DNA of 64,000 nucleotides from a virus: IMG/VR virus record IMGVR_UViG_3300020204_000007, positions 105,060 to 169,059 of that record; one strand, 5' to 3'. Shown piece by piece: positions 20,579 to 30,434 of this stretch (position 1 is its first letter; each line of letters starts with the position of its first letter). The notes under the pieces were generated by a model. It saw only the letters and a program-made list of their open reading frames with translations, ran no database searches and was not told where the DNA came from. The position numbers and the translations under genes were made by a program.

Positions 20579-21101
20579 AATATATTATTCTGTCGTTACT
20601 TTTGATTACAGCATCTGCGGCTTTCCAAAAGAATAAAGTTAAATTAAATGAACGTATAATGTGTGAAATACAATGCGCAGAGCGGCAGCTCCCTTGTTTG
20701 GCCGTTGTTGATAAAATTATTTATGATGGAAATACGGAAGAGGCAAAAATTATTTCTAAACAAACTTATTCTGTTTGCTTAAAAGAACCAGTGGAATTCA
20801 ATCCAATATGAAATCCGCAGCAGTGGAAGATAATTCATATTATTCATTCACGGACAATGAAACTGGAATAGAAATTATTTGGGAATTTAATCAAAAAAGT
20901 TTTTGTTGGGAAGTGCTGGTCTTTAAAGATAATCAAAAAGAATATGCAGTTGTTCCTGCCTCTAATAAACCAACTGCAGAATCTGTAAACGATTATGACA
21001 TTCAACGTTTGTCACAAATTACATTAAAATTACTTGATTTCGTATCGAAACAATTAGAAATCGAAGCTGCTAAAGTTAGATTGCAAAACTCCGATAAATA
21101 A
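20575..21101 (+). other. two hypothetical genes (20575-20811 with signal peptide; 20808-21101)
   Basis: ATGA-coupled ORFs. Confidence 0.65.
21071..21096 (+). promoter_or_regulatory. sigma-28-type promoter inside the 3' end of the upstream gene
   Basis: TAAAGTTAGATTGCAAAACTCCGATA. Confidence 0.8.
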
Positions 21102-21129
21102 ATAACAACCAATAACGGTTGTACGAGGA

Positions 21130-21363
21130 GTGTTCATGGATATTATTAGTAATTTTGTAAAAAATGAAATAACACCAATCTTAGATATGCATGGTGGCGC
21201 AGCAGAAGTAGTTGGTTATGATGAATTAAATAAAATGGTTCAAATTAGATTGATTGGTGCTTGTGCAGGCTGTCCTAGTAGTTTAATGACTGCATATGGC
21301 GTTATCTTAGCTGCTTTGCAAAATAAATTTCCAGAACTTGTTGAAGACTTGGAGGTTGTATGA
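21130..21363 (+). CDS. NifU C-terminal/NfuA-like Fe-S carrier
   Basis: IxPxLxMHGG..VxIRLxGACAGCPSSxxT. Confidence 0.85.
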   Translation: MFMDIISNFVKNEITPILDMHGGAAEVVGYDELNKMVQIRLIGACAGCPSSLMTAYGVILAALQNKFPELVEDLEVV

Positions 21364-22097
21364 ATAATGTAATTAGTTTTGAAGATTACAAAAACAAAAA
21401 AGAAAACAAAAAGCCCGATTCCGAGTTGACTTTAGATGAACGACTGGCGCGAATTTCTTCTATGATTAATAGAATTAATTCTACGATTAAAGAACTTGAT
21501 ACTCATGTAAATGGGGTTAAAAAATGATCAACAGCTCAAAGAAAAATTTGAAAATTTTGCATGACAAAAGCTCTGTACACGACCGACCATTAGTTGAGCT
21601 TTCGCAAAATCAAAACAATAAATTTGTAATTAGCATGAGGATTGCCAATTCTTCGTTTACGTTTCCAGAATTGCAAAACGAAGATATTGTTGCTTTACAC
21701 AGAGTTTTAAGTTTACCGTCAGGACTAATGACTATTGCAGTGAGTATGATGCATAACTTATCGGAAGATAAATTGAAAGAAACAGTTAAAGCCTTAGATC
21801 AAATTGCTGATAGATAATTATGCTATGATTGGATTAGAGACACATTTACTCTAAGAAAGGCGTAATGAAATCGGTAAAACTATGAAGGGCAAACCAACAA
21901 CAATTCATAATCATAGAAAGAAAAATAAGGCTATTTATTCAAGCGCAGAAAAATTTGGCACGAACAAAAAAGATTATGTTTTTCATATTGAAGATAATGT
22001 TTATTTCATCAATTTTAAGCTTCATGGTGATTTCATAAACCTACAGATTCAACCCCAAATGATCGAACAACCTCTTCCCGCTTGGTTAGCTGATTAA
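21360..22097 (+). other. three hypothetical genes (21360-21527, 21524-21817, 21882-22097)
   Basis: First two are ATGA-coupled. Confidence 0.6.
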
Positions 22098-23418
22098 TAT
22101 ACTTTGAGTGATTTGGACATATATCAATCACTATACAATCTTTTTTGCCTTCACTGACTCTTGTTCCTCTTCCAATCGCCTGCATTAACATAATCTCGCT
22201 TGTTCCTGCCATACAGAGCAATATCGCGGATATTTCTGGAATATCAATGCCTGTGCCTAATAAATGCCAATTACCAATAAGAACGTTAGTTCTTCCTTCT
22301 CTAAAATCTTTTATTGGCAAACGAAACTCACCGTTGGCAGCTTTGACGCCTAATGTGTCGGCCAAGGCGTCTGCGCATTCCACAGATTTATATAAAACCA
22401 GAACTTTACGGCCAGCAGCTAGAGCTTTTTCGGCGGTTTCTTTAACAAATTTAATATATTCTGGATCTGAATGTAGTTTTATGTATTCTTTAGTTGGATG
22501 CATATTCTTATGCGTCTGAACGCTACAAGCGGGAACTACTTTAGGAATGTACTTAATAGGACTCAAAAATTTATCTTGTACCCCATTAGAGTATTGGTAG
22601 ACATAAGCGGGTGCGCCAGCCCAACCATAAATAAGAGGAGTCATGCCATCAGGTCGCTCAATAGTTGCCGTCAATCCATGAAAAAACTCTGCGTTGATTC
22701 CCGCTAGAGCAATTTCTTGATAAGACGGTGCGGCCATTGTATGAGTTTCATCAACTATGATTGTCTGAAACCGATCTATATGGTTCAAACAACTTTGGGC
22801 AGTAGAAACTAAGCACATAACCCCGTCAGGGGGGGTGGTTCCTCCACCAAGTTTACCTATCTTTTTAACACCCAAAGATTTTAGGCCATCGGCTACAGTC
22901 TTATAGGTCTGGTGGAGCAATTCGATACTTGGCACGATAACTATAACGCGACGACCAGCAGAAACGTGTGAGGCCACAAGATTGCGTATAATACGGCTTT
23001 TTCCCGTTCCGGTTGCAGCTACAATGCAAGATCGTTTGAATTTTAATGCAGATTCAACAGCGTCTTTCTGATAATAACGCTCGTCCCCAAAAGTCATTGG
23101 TTTAGTGCTAGCTTCATGACCAGTAATTTTATTGCATAAGAACCAAAATCCCGGCAGAGTACTAATTTTTCCCTCAACTTCTGCATACGCTTTTGTAACG
23201 ACTTGTTCTTCTAATTCTCTAATTTGTTGTTTAAGAATTGCTGCGTGTCTAGCGTTAAAAGCTTGAGTGCGTTTTAATTCTTTTAGCCTTTTGTCAATTG
23301 CTTTATTCTTAATTGTTAGGTAATTTTTAATAAGATCTAAAGATTCTTTGGAACCTTCGATAATTAACTCTCGATTAGATGTATAATAACCATATGTGTC
23401 TGGAACATTTTTTATCAC
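22033..23418 (-). CDS. superfamily 2 (DExH, UvsW-like) helicase
   Basis: YQ, ATGTGKS, DETH, TAT, QAIGRG. Confidence 0.85.
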   Translation of the reverse strand: MIKNVPDTYGYYTSNRELIIEGSKESLDLIKNYLTIKNKAIDKRLKELKRTQAFNARHAAILKQQIRELEEQVVTKAYAEVEGKISTLPGFWFLCNKITGHEASTKPMTFGDERYYQKDAVESALKFKRSCIVAATGTGKSRIIRNLVASHVSAGRRVIVIVPSIELLHQTYKTVADGLKSLGVKKIGKLGGGTTPPDGVMCLVSTAQSCLNHIDRFQTIIVDETHTMAAPSYQEIALAGINAEFFHGLTATIERPDGMTPLIYGWAGAPAYVYQYSNGVQDKFLSPIKYIPKVVPACSVQTHKNMHPTKEYIKLHSDPEYIKFVKETAEKALAAGRKVLVLYKSVECADALADTLGVKAANGEFRLPIKDFREGRTNVLIGNWHLLGTGIDIPEISAILLCMAGTSEIMLMQAIGRGTRVSEGKKDCIVIDICPNHSKYINQLTKREEVVRSFGVESVGL

Positions 23419-23427
23419 GGTAAACCT

Positions 23428-24525
23428 ATGAACAAAATCAAAAAAGTGGTTAAGTTAGCAAAAAGTCTTGGCAGCAGCTTTCCGCTACAAGATAACTATA
23501 CTTTAGTTAAGGTTTCTTCGCAATTACCGCCATATAGTGATTTAGCTAGAGGCGTAAGTAGTCTAGACCATTACGAAGTGCGTCATCCATATTCTGATGA
23601 TGTTATTGGCTCTTTGACCGTATGGAGCGCAAAAAGAATTCCAACCATTGTAAAATTAGGGGTTTTTCAAGAACCTCATAAAAGCCTTGGCTTAATTGAA
23701 TCTCTTCATGACAAAATTAAAGAAATATATCCGAATATCCCAGAAGATTTATTGTCATATATGTACACAATTTGGGGTGCAACTCCTTCAGCACAAAATA
23801 TGCATCACGCCATTCATCCCGCTATGCACGGTAAATTTCATGAAATTTTTTCTGCCTTAAGAAGAGCACCGCTTAGAAAGAGTGAAGGCGGAAAAGGGTT
23901 TGAAGATCATCTTGATTATCATGTCTATCAAGACAACGAACACGTTGGTACTTTGAGCGGTAAAGAATTAAATGAAATGATGCCCACCCCTGATCATCGA
24001 GATCAAGTAAAAATGGAACAAAATTTAATTTTTCACCCTACAAACATGATTTCTGGTTCTCCAGGAAGTTATATGAAAAAGGCAGATGACGATGGCGAAC
24101 CTGCTTTTCATAACCATCTTGATTACCATGTTTATCAAAATAAAGAACATGTCGGCACTATTAGTGGAAAAGAATTAAATGCCATGATGCCTACAAAACA
24201 GCATAGATCACAGTCTGAAAAAGAAAACGGCTATGTTTTTCATGCAACAAATGTTGTGACCGGCAATCCAGCAAATTTTATGAAAAAATCTGATGAAAAA
24301 GATTCTCCTAAAAAACAATGGATGGTAAAGCTTTCTGGAGAAGAAGGATATCATCCATTACACGATATAAAAGATAGCAAACTTCCAATTGAATCTGGGG
24401 GCGGAAATATCTACTATCTAAAACGTCCCGATGGCTCTGTAACGGAACATCATCAAAGCGAAGTAGAAGATTTATTGCAAAATAATGAATTACAACAAAG
24501 TATGCCCACTTTTATGAGGGACTAA
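23428..24525 (+). CDS. probable internal virion protein with 69-aa tandem duplication
   Basis: Two copies of FxxHLDYHVYQxxEHVGTxSGKELNxMMPT..MKK[AS]D. Confidence 0.55.
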   Translation: MNKIKKVVKLAKSLGSSFPLQDNYTLVKVSSQLPPYSDLARGVSSLDHYEVRHPYSDDVIGSLTVWSAKRIPTIVKLGVFQEPHKSLGLIESLHDKIKEIYPNIPEDLLSYMYTIWGATPSAQNMHHAIHPAMHGKFHEIFSALRRAPLRKSEGGKGFEDHLDYHVYQDNEHVGTLSGKELNEMMPTPDHRDQVKMEQNLIFHPTNMISGSPGSYMKKADDDGEPAFHNHLDYHVYQNKEHVGTISGKELNAMMPTKQHRSQSEKENGYVFHATNVVTGNPANFMKKSDEKDSPKKQWMVKLSGEEGYHPLHDIKDSKLPIESGGGNIYYLKRPDGSVTEHHQSEVEDLLQNNELQQSMPTFMRD

Positions 24526-24528
24526 GAA

Positions 24529-26955
24529 ATGCCATTTGTTAGTGAAGCTCAACGTAGATTGATGTATGCCGCCTCAAAAACAAAAGGCGGTGTTGCGGGT
24601 GTTAGCCAAAAGGCTGCTAAAAAACTTGTTGCTAAAGATGAACCAAGCAAATTACCAGAAAAAGTTCAAAAAACAGATGGCATGATATCTCCAGATTCCA
24701 GCGCAAACACCAGACCCACACCGTCTGCTGGAATGGCAAGCGGCTCTGCCGGTTCTCAAGAAACTTCAGTCGCGACTGCAATGACAAAAGCTGAAGACAA
24801 CACTCTTTCCCTACTAGAAGCAAAAAAATCTATTCATGGAAGCAAAAACACCCCAGATCGAACCATAGAAATTGTGGACACTATTTCAAAGGCGTACAAT
24901 ATGAACAATTATGCACGCGGTGATGGGTTATCCCCAGAAGAAGAAAAGAAGGTACAAGGCGCATTAGATTTTCGTAATCAAATGAAGCAATTTAGGCGAG
25001 ATCATGGCTCAACAATTATGGATATTGCGGGTGGTCGCAAGATTGATAAACAACGTGCAGATGCATATCATGCTGCTCGCGGTAATTTGATGATAGGTCA
25101 AGGTGTTAGCTTTGCTGATATTCCACCTAAGATTCCTAGTCATCTAATTGATAGATCGCCAAAGCAACCAGAAATTCCAGTTTTACCAGCGGCTAAGTCA
25201 ATGGAAGCATTAACTAATCCAAAATCATTGCTTGCAAAAGTTGACGACTGCACAAAATGTATGCGAAAAAGTTCTGAAGAAGAACTAGAAAAATCATCTA
25301 AACCATTTCATGGATATAACAAAAAGAAACATGCCCGTTCTGGCGGATTAAATGATAGTTATCGTAAAAAGGTTAATCGTGAAACTGGGTCAAATCTAAA
25401 ACGCCCAGTAACTAAAAAGAATGTTAAGCCAGGATCTAAAGCTGCCAAACGTCGTAAATCTTTTTGTGCTCGTATGAGCGGCGTCAAAGGACCGACTTCT
25501 AAAAAGGGGAAGCTAACGCCAAAAGGTGCAGCTCTGAAAAGATGGCGTTGCAGTAAATCATTAAACAAAAGCGAATCCGTGCCGCTAGAAGTTAGAGCAG
25601 ATAAAGTATTAAAAAGTTTGAAATCTAAACTTCTTGCAGGTGCGGCAGCAATTGGCGGTTTAGCTTCTGGCGCGGCTATGGCTTCTCCAGAATCAGATTT
25701 GCATTCACAACTTTCTAATTTGAATGTTATGGGTGAATATCACACTCCAAAAAGTGGTTCACAAGCAGTTCTTAAAGAACCTAATCAATTAAAAGCAGAT
25801 CCAACCCATCCTGCCGCATCGTATTCAAGAGAATCTGGCAGTGGTTCTTCTATGGGAAGCTTTCATGGCCCAGACGCAGAAAAAGCAAAACAACTGCTTC
25901 AAAATTACGATGCTGTGAATAAGTGTTTTACAAAGAGCACAGGATATGCAAGAAAAATAACTCCACAAGAAAAAAAAGAACGAGATCTTAAGCAAAAGAT
26001 TAAAACTAGTGAATATAAACCAGCAGAAAAAATTGCTGATAATCTTTCTGCAGAAATATGGAAAAAACAACTTACTGGCTATCTTTCGCAGTACCACGAA
26101 TCCGATAAAACATCTAATAAAAAATTAAAAAAAGCTGGTCTTGCGGATGAATTAAAAAAAGCGCGAGAAGTTCTTTCTAAACTTGATAAAAGCAATTCTA
26201 TCAAACCGTTTGGTCAAAATATTTATGATGCCAATGCAAATCTTGGCAGAAAAATGGGTCGTACAGGAGAAGTTGTAGAAGGCGCAGGCAAAAACGTCGC
26301 TGTTCAACAAACTAGAATATCGGCAAAAAAACAAGCTGAAATTGAAGCCGAAAAAGACAAAAAGAAAAACAGAGAACAGCCAGCTGTTTTGTTTTCTCTT
26401 GAAGATATTCCACCAGAACACCGTAAAGCTGTTTTTGATGCTTATGAAAATAAAGAATATCATCCATTGATGCATCTTGCAGTAAAAATTAAACCAAACA
26501 GCAGAAAAAAGGCAGTAGTTCCAGAAGAACTTCTTCCTCCTAAAGAGAAAAAATCAGGTAAAAAAACTGATAAACCGCCAGTAATTTTGACCGAAGAAGA
26601 TTTGAAATCGTCTTATGGTGCAAAAAATGATTTGTCAAAAGCTCACGAAGTGCTTTCAAAATTAGAAAAAAGATGCTGGAAAGGCTATAAGCCAGTACCT
26701 GGAAAAGAACCGTATTCAAAAGGTTCTTGTGCGCCAATAAAAAAGGCTATTTCAGCCCAAGACATAGAAAGCGGAGAATACGAAGGGGAAAAATTAGATG
26801 GCCATCATCATAATCGAATTGGAAATGAGTACCGCGAGCTTGCTCGCAGGGCATTCAAACAAAATGATGTAAAATCTGCAAAAACATATAATTCTAAAGC
26901 AGAATATCATTTTGATTTGGCAGATAAAAAAGGATACAAGCCGCCAAATGACTAA
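24529..26955 (+). CDS. large basic modular protein, probable internal head protein
   Basis: MPFVSEAQRR, RKSFCARM, CWKGY modules separated by many hydrophobic-x-K-[SA] sites. Confidence 0.55.
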   Translation: MPFVSEAQRRLMYAASKTKGGVAGVSQKAAKKLVAKDEPSKLPEKVQKTDGMISPDSSANTRPTPSAGMASGSAGSQETSVATAMTKAEDNTLSLLEAKKSIHGSKNTPDRTIEIVDTISKAYNMNNYARGDGLSPEEEKKVQGALDFRNQMKQFRRDHGSTIMDIAGGRKIDKQRADAYHAARGNLMIGQGVSFADIPPKIPSHLIDRSPKQPEIPVLPAAKSMEALTNPKSLLAKVDDCTKCMRKSSEEELEKSSKPFHGYNKKKHARSGGLNDSYRKKVNRETGSNLKRPVTKKNVKPGSKAAKRRKSFCARMSGVKGPTSKKGKLTPKGAALKRWRCSKSLNKSESVPLEVRADKVLKSLKSKLLAGAAAIGGLASGAAMASPESDLHSQLSNLNVMGEYHTPKSGSQAVLKEPNQLKADPTHPAASYSRESGSGSSMGSFHGPDAEKAKQLLQNYDAVNKCFTKSTGYARKITPQEKKERDLKQKIKTSEYKPAEKIADNLSAEIWKKQLTGYLSQYHESDKTSNKKLKKAGLADELKKAREVLSKLDKSNSIKPFGQNIYDANANLGRKMGRTGEVVEGAGKNVAVQQTRISAKKQAEIEAEKDKKKNREQPAVLFSLEDIPPEHRKAVFDAYENKEYHPLMHLAVKIKPNSRKKAVVPEELLPPKEKKSGKKTDKPPVILTEEDLKSSYGAKNDLSKAHEVLSKLEKRCWKGYKPVPGKEPYSKGSCAPIKKAISAQDIESGEYEGEKLDGHHHNRIGNEYRELARRAFKQNDVKSAKTYNSKAEYHFDLADKKGYKPPND

Positions 26956-27328
26956 GTTGTCTAAATCTATTAAAGATTTATTCAAAACATTAAAAAAATC
27001 TTCGCCAGAAGATATTGGGGAAACGGTTGAGTTTCCCCGCGCTAAAGATTTATTCGATGAAGCGCGAAAATTGAAGCCAATCGGCGTTGGCGATTCAGAC
27101 GAAGATTTTGAAAAAATGGATAAAATAACCGCTCAAGTAAATGCCATTCGAGACCACGAAAAAAAACATGAATGGCGACAAGGAGAAGCAGAATACAACG
27201 GAAAACCTGTTAAAATCAAACAAACTTTAGTTGGAAGAACTGGCCGTTTAATGGCATTGATTGAAGATGAAGATGGAGCACATCATTACCCCTGTGCCTA
27301 TAATCTTAAGAATGTCAAATTTTATTGA
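26948..27328 (+). CDS. hypothetical, probable virion protein
   Basis: N-terminal LSKS/LKKS motifs. Confidence 0.55.
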   Translation: MTKLSKSIKDLFKTLKKSSPEDIGETVEFPRAKDLFDEARKLKPIGVGDSDEDFEKMDKITAQVNAIRDHEKKHEWRQGEAEYNGKPVKIKQTLVGRTGRLMALIEDEDGAHHYPCAYNLKNVKFY

Positions 27329-27841
27329 CACTGTTCTCCAGTAATAGGGTTCACAAACTGTTGAACTCCGCACGAAGTAGTTTCTCTAACTACCATCAAA
27401 TCTACAAAACTAATTTGTTTACATTCAAGGGTAGTCGTGTGGCATGAATAAATTTTTTCTGTTCTTGTGTCGCGAGCAATCAAAAAAAATCCACAAGTCT
27501 GTTTAATTACAAAACAACCAACCAAAAATGGCAAAAATTTATTCACCCTTCCCCCCTGTGAAACTATTAAAGTTTCTTGCTGCGTAATCGTTCAAATCGT
27601 AATTCATCATTTGCACAAGGCGTTTACCTTCTTGTCGTTTGTCATATCCGTGCAAAAACTTTTCATAAAGCGGAAGCAGATAAAATAAAACTTCTTGTGG
27701 GACATTGCCGCGAAATTCACAGTTTTCAAAACTAACTGAATTGCATTCAGTAATGCGATTTATTTTATGAGTTTTGAAAACACGCATGGTATCAAAACAA
27801 ACTGTATATTCAATGTTTTTTGTGGAATAAACATGAATCAT
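27322..27841 (-). other. two hypothetical genes (27539-27841, 27322-27546)
   Basis: Start reassigned to 27841 (GGAGG RBS after promoter). Confidence 0.65.
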
Positions 27842-27868
27842 ATCGACCTCCGATTGCCTACATTTACA

Positions 27869-27894
27869 TATCGGAGTTTTGCAATCTAACTTAA
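27869..27894 (-). promoter_or_regulatory. sigma-28-type promoter overlapping dUTPase stop
   Basis: TTAAGTTAGATTGCAAAACTCCGATA on the minus strand. Confidence 0.75.
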
Positions 27895-28352
27895 CGTCCC
27901 GAACTACCAAATCCGCCTTGACCGCGATCATCCTTTGGTTTAATAAGGCTTTCATCTACTTGGTGCAAATAAAATTTAGAACTGAACGGATTAGGAATGA
28001 GTTGTGCTACTCTGTCCAAATGATTAATTTCTATTGGTTCATTTGAGTTATTTACAATAACAACAGAAAGCACGCCTGTATAATTATTATCAATGGTGCG
28101 ACAACAAACATCTAGTCCTTGCACGCCCATGCTAGAACGAACATCCCAAATCCAAACAGTTTCGTCTGGGAAAATACATCTAGTGCCAGTAGAAAGTTTA
28201 AGAACTTGTTTTGGAGAAATTTGTATTGGCGTTTCTGCACCAAACGTATCAACTAAATCTACATGAAAATCAAAACCGCCGTCTTGAGCGCGTTTTTTGA
28301 ATGGCATTTTAGATGTTGATTTTACATAAATATAAACGCAATCACTGTTCAC
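27891..28352 (-). CDS. dut: trimeric dUTPase
   Basis: GFD, RSS, TIDxxYTG, DRVAQL, RGxGGFGSSG. Confidence 0.9.
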   Translation of the reverse strand: MNSDCVYIYVKSTSKMPFKKRAQDGGFDFHVDLVDTFGAETPIQISPKQVLKLSTGTRCIFPDETVWIWDVRSSMGVQGLDVCCRTIDNNYTGVLSVVIVNNSNEPIEINHLDRVAQLIPNPFSSKFYLHQVDESLIKPKDDRGQGGFGSSGR

Positions 28353-28941
28353 AAACCCACTCCCAAATCTGCTTTGCTACTTCTTCTGGTACATCATTAT
28401 TGCTATTAGTGACCAATATATGTTTGATATTAAATCGTTCATTAAATGCAAAAAAATCACGGCGACCATCTTCCCAGACTTTAAGTCGGTATGGCTCATT
28501 TATATCTTGAAAATCAAATGATTTTCGACGTCTAATCCTCTCCGTCAGATCTTGGAATGGTGCATCTAAATACACGGCAAGATCTGTGCGCGGAACAATA
28601 GAAGCTTGGTACCCCTCTGGGAGACCATGCACAAGATTATAAGTTAAAAATGAAGAATTACCGCGATAATAGATCACGTAATCAGGATTACTATTTTGTT
28701 TTTGCCATTCGTATTCATTTAGTTTGTAAAGATGCCATGCGGCATTAAATCGTTCTGCATTAGAAATTTCCGAAGAACCTAATGTGCGACGTAATTCTAC
28801 AGAATAATCATTATTTGGAATGATTTTAGTTGTATAAATTACATCAACTTTTAGGTTACGCTGTTTTGTCTGCTCAACCATAAGATCGAGTATTGTGTCT
28901 TTACCAGAACCATCAGGGCCGAGCAGACAAATTGTTTTCAA
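28342..28941 (-). CDS. thymidylate-kinase-like dNMP kinase
   Basis: LGPDGSGKDT P-loop; DLAVYLD..RIxxR. Confidence 0.75.
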   Translation of the reverse strand: MKTICLLGPDGSGKDTILDLMVEQTKQRNLKVDVIYTTKIIPNNDYSVELRRTLGSSEISNAERFNAAWHLYKLNEYEWQKQNSNPDYVIYYRGNSSFLTYNLVHGLPEGYQASIVPRTDLAVYLDAPFQDLTERIRRRKSFDFQDINEPYRLKVWEDGRRDFFAFNERFNIKHILVTNSNNDVPEEVAKQIWEWVCEQ

Positions 28942-29720
28942 AACGCCACCTTTTGATGTTGTGTAACATAGTTCTCGAACATTTTAGGCCATTCTGTTTT
29001 TAGCCATTCTTTATGTACTTGACGAATAGTTTCTGAATTTGAAATTGTTAAATTGCCGTTGTCATACAATGCACAATTATCTTCAATACTACGCCAACCA
29101 ATAATCATGCGAACAAGTCCATCTTCTCGAGCTGTTCCATCGCTCTCCAGTTTATCTACACTATGGTGGCATCTAAAGTTATCGAATATAAGCAGATCGC
29201 CCGCTTTGGCTGTGATTACAGTTGATTCGTCGTCTAAATGTACGCGAGTTCCGCCATTTACTGTGTTATTCAGTACTGTAAGAACTGCAACTTTATTAGG
29301 TCTTATTGCGCGTTTAATGTTTAGATCTTCACCCTCTACACTAAACTCTAAAAACTCGCCGTCAAAATGTTTTGCAACAGGTTTACTGTCACCTTTATAC
29401 ATCTGAATGTTAAAAAGCACTCTACTTGTTTTAGGTAAATCAAGCATTTCATAAAGTTTTAGCGTCAAAATAGAAATTGGCCTGCTAACGTCTGCGACTT
29501 GATCTAAGCTAAGAGCAGGCAGACCCGATTGATTTTCTGGACAAAAAATAAAAGCGTAACTGGCTCTATTGTCGGAAATATCTGCAAAATAAGCTGCATG
29601 GTTTTGAAGGTTAAGAACATTATAGAATCGTCCAATAAGTCGCTTGGTGTCTTTAATAATTCGCTCACGTCCAAGTGCATCGTCATAATAATCCTCGTAT
29701 AATCTAAAGAATTCACTCAT
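28938..29720 (-). CDS. 2OG-Fe(II) dioxygenase
   Basis: HFD ... GGT ... GDLLIFDN..HHSV ... R. Confidence 0.75.
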   Translation of the reverse strand: MSEFFRLYEDYYDDALGRERIIKDTKRLIGRFYNVLNLQNHAAYFADISDNRASYAFIFCPENQSGLPALSLDQVADVSRPISILTLKLYEMLDLPKTSRVLFNIQMYKGDSKPVAKHFDGEFLEFSVEGEDLNIKRAIRPNKVAVLTVLNNTVNGGTRVHLDDESTVITAKAGDLLIFDNFRCHHSVDKLESDGTAREDGLVRMIIGWRSIEDNCALYDNGNLTISNSETIRQVHKEWLKTEWPKMFENYVTQHQKVAF

Positions 29721-30271
29721 ATAAGACCAACCTTTCTTAGCACATAATTTGGAGTTGTCTCTACTACCGTAACAAAATTCTTGCTTCTTGCTTGCAACCA
29801 CTCCTTCATTTCACGATGCATTTTTAGAACTTCGTCAAAATCTTCCCATCTGCCACTACCTTTATATCTTTCGGCATAAACTTCTGGAGTAATATCTAAA
29901 AATACATCAACAATTTCACAATTATATTGTTTTTCTAATTGTCGTTCCCATTCTATAACGCATGGTTCTAGGTGATTAAATAAATCTTTTCCGTAATATG
30001 TAGAAAACCATGCACAGAGTTTTGGCGTGCTATCACAAAACACAGCATCATAATTTGCTTTTATGCAATTCACTAACAGTTGCGATTGATTTCCTGCAAT
30101 CCATAATTGATCAATGGGTGTTGGCCGATATTCTGCTCGTTGTGCATGGTCTTTAATAAATTCCCAACAATAACCAACGTTCTTTCCAAGATACCCCATC
30201 GAAGAATAACAAGCTGTTGCAAGACTACTTTTGCCAGAACCTGGTGCGCCATAGAATGCAATTATTTTCAT
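29717..30271 (-). CDS. P-loop nucleotide kinase (AAA_28/NadR-like)
   Basis: YGAPGSGKSS; CDS motif. Confidence 0.75.
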   Translation of the reverse strand: MKIIAFYGAPGSGKSSLATACYSSMGYLGKNVGYCWEFIKDHAQRAEYRPTPIDQLWIAGNQSQLLVNCIKANYDAVFCDSTPKLCAWFSTYYGKDLFNHLEPCVIEWERQLEKQYNCEIVDVFLDITPEVYAERYKGSGRWEDFDEVLKMHREMKEWLQARSKNFVTVVETTPNYVLRKVGLI

Positions 30272-30367
30272 ACAAAATATGCTCCGGTGGGTATATTAGT
30301 ATGTAGCAGGGCAAACAACTCAAAGACAAACAAAAACCTTAATGATTTAAAAATATATTTTTGGATA

Positions 30368-30393
30368 TAAAGTTAGATTCCAAAGCTCCGATA
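30368..30393 (+). promoter_or_regulatory. sigma-28-type promoter
   Basis: TAAAGTTAGATTCCAAAGCTCCGATA. Confidence 0.8.
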
Positions 30394-30434
30394 TGTAGGT
30401 GTTGGCAATAATGCCCAACAATAAGGAGTACAAC

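Noticed and set aside
2109-21096. Recurrent 26-bp repeat as a CRISPR array or integron attC sites
   Set aside because: Intervals are whole genes of irregular length; the repeat is not palindromic; no cas or integrase gene; position and spacing fit a promoter
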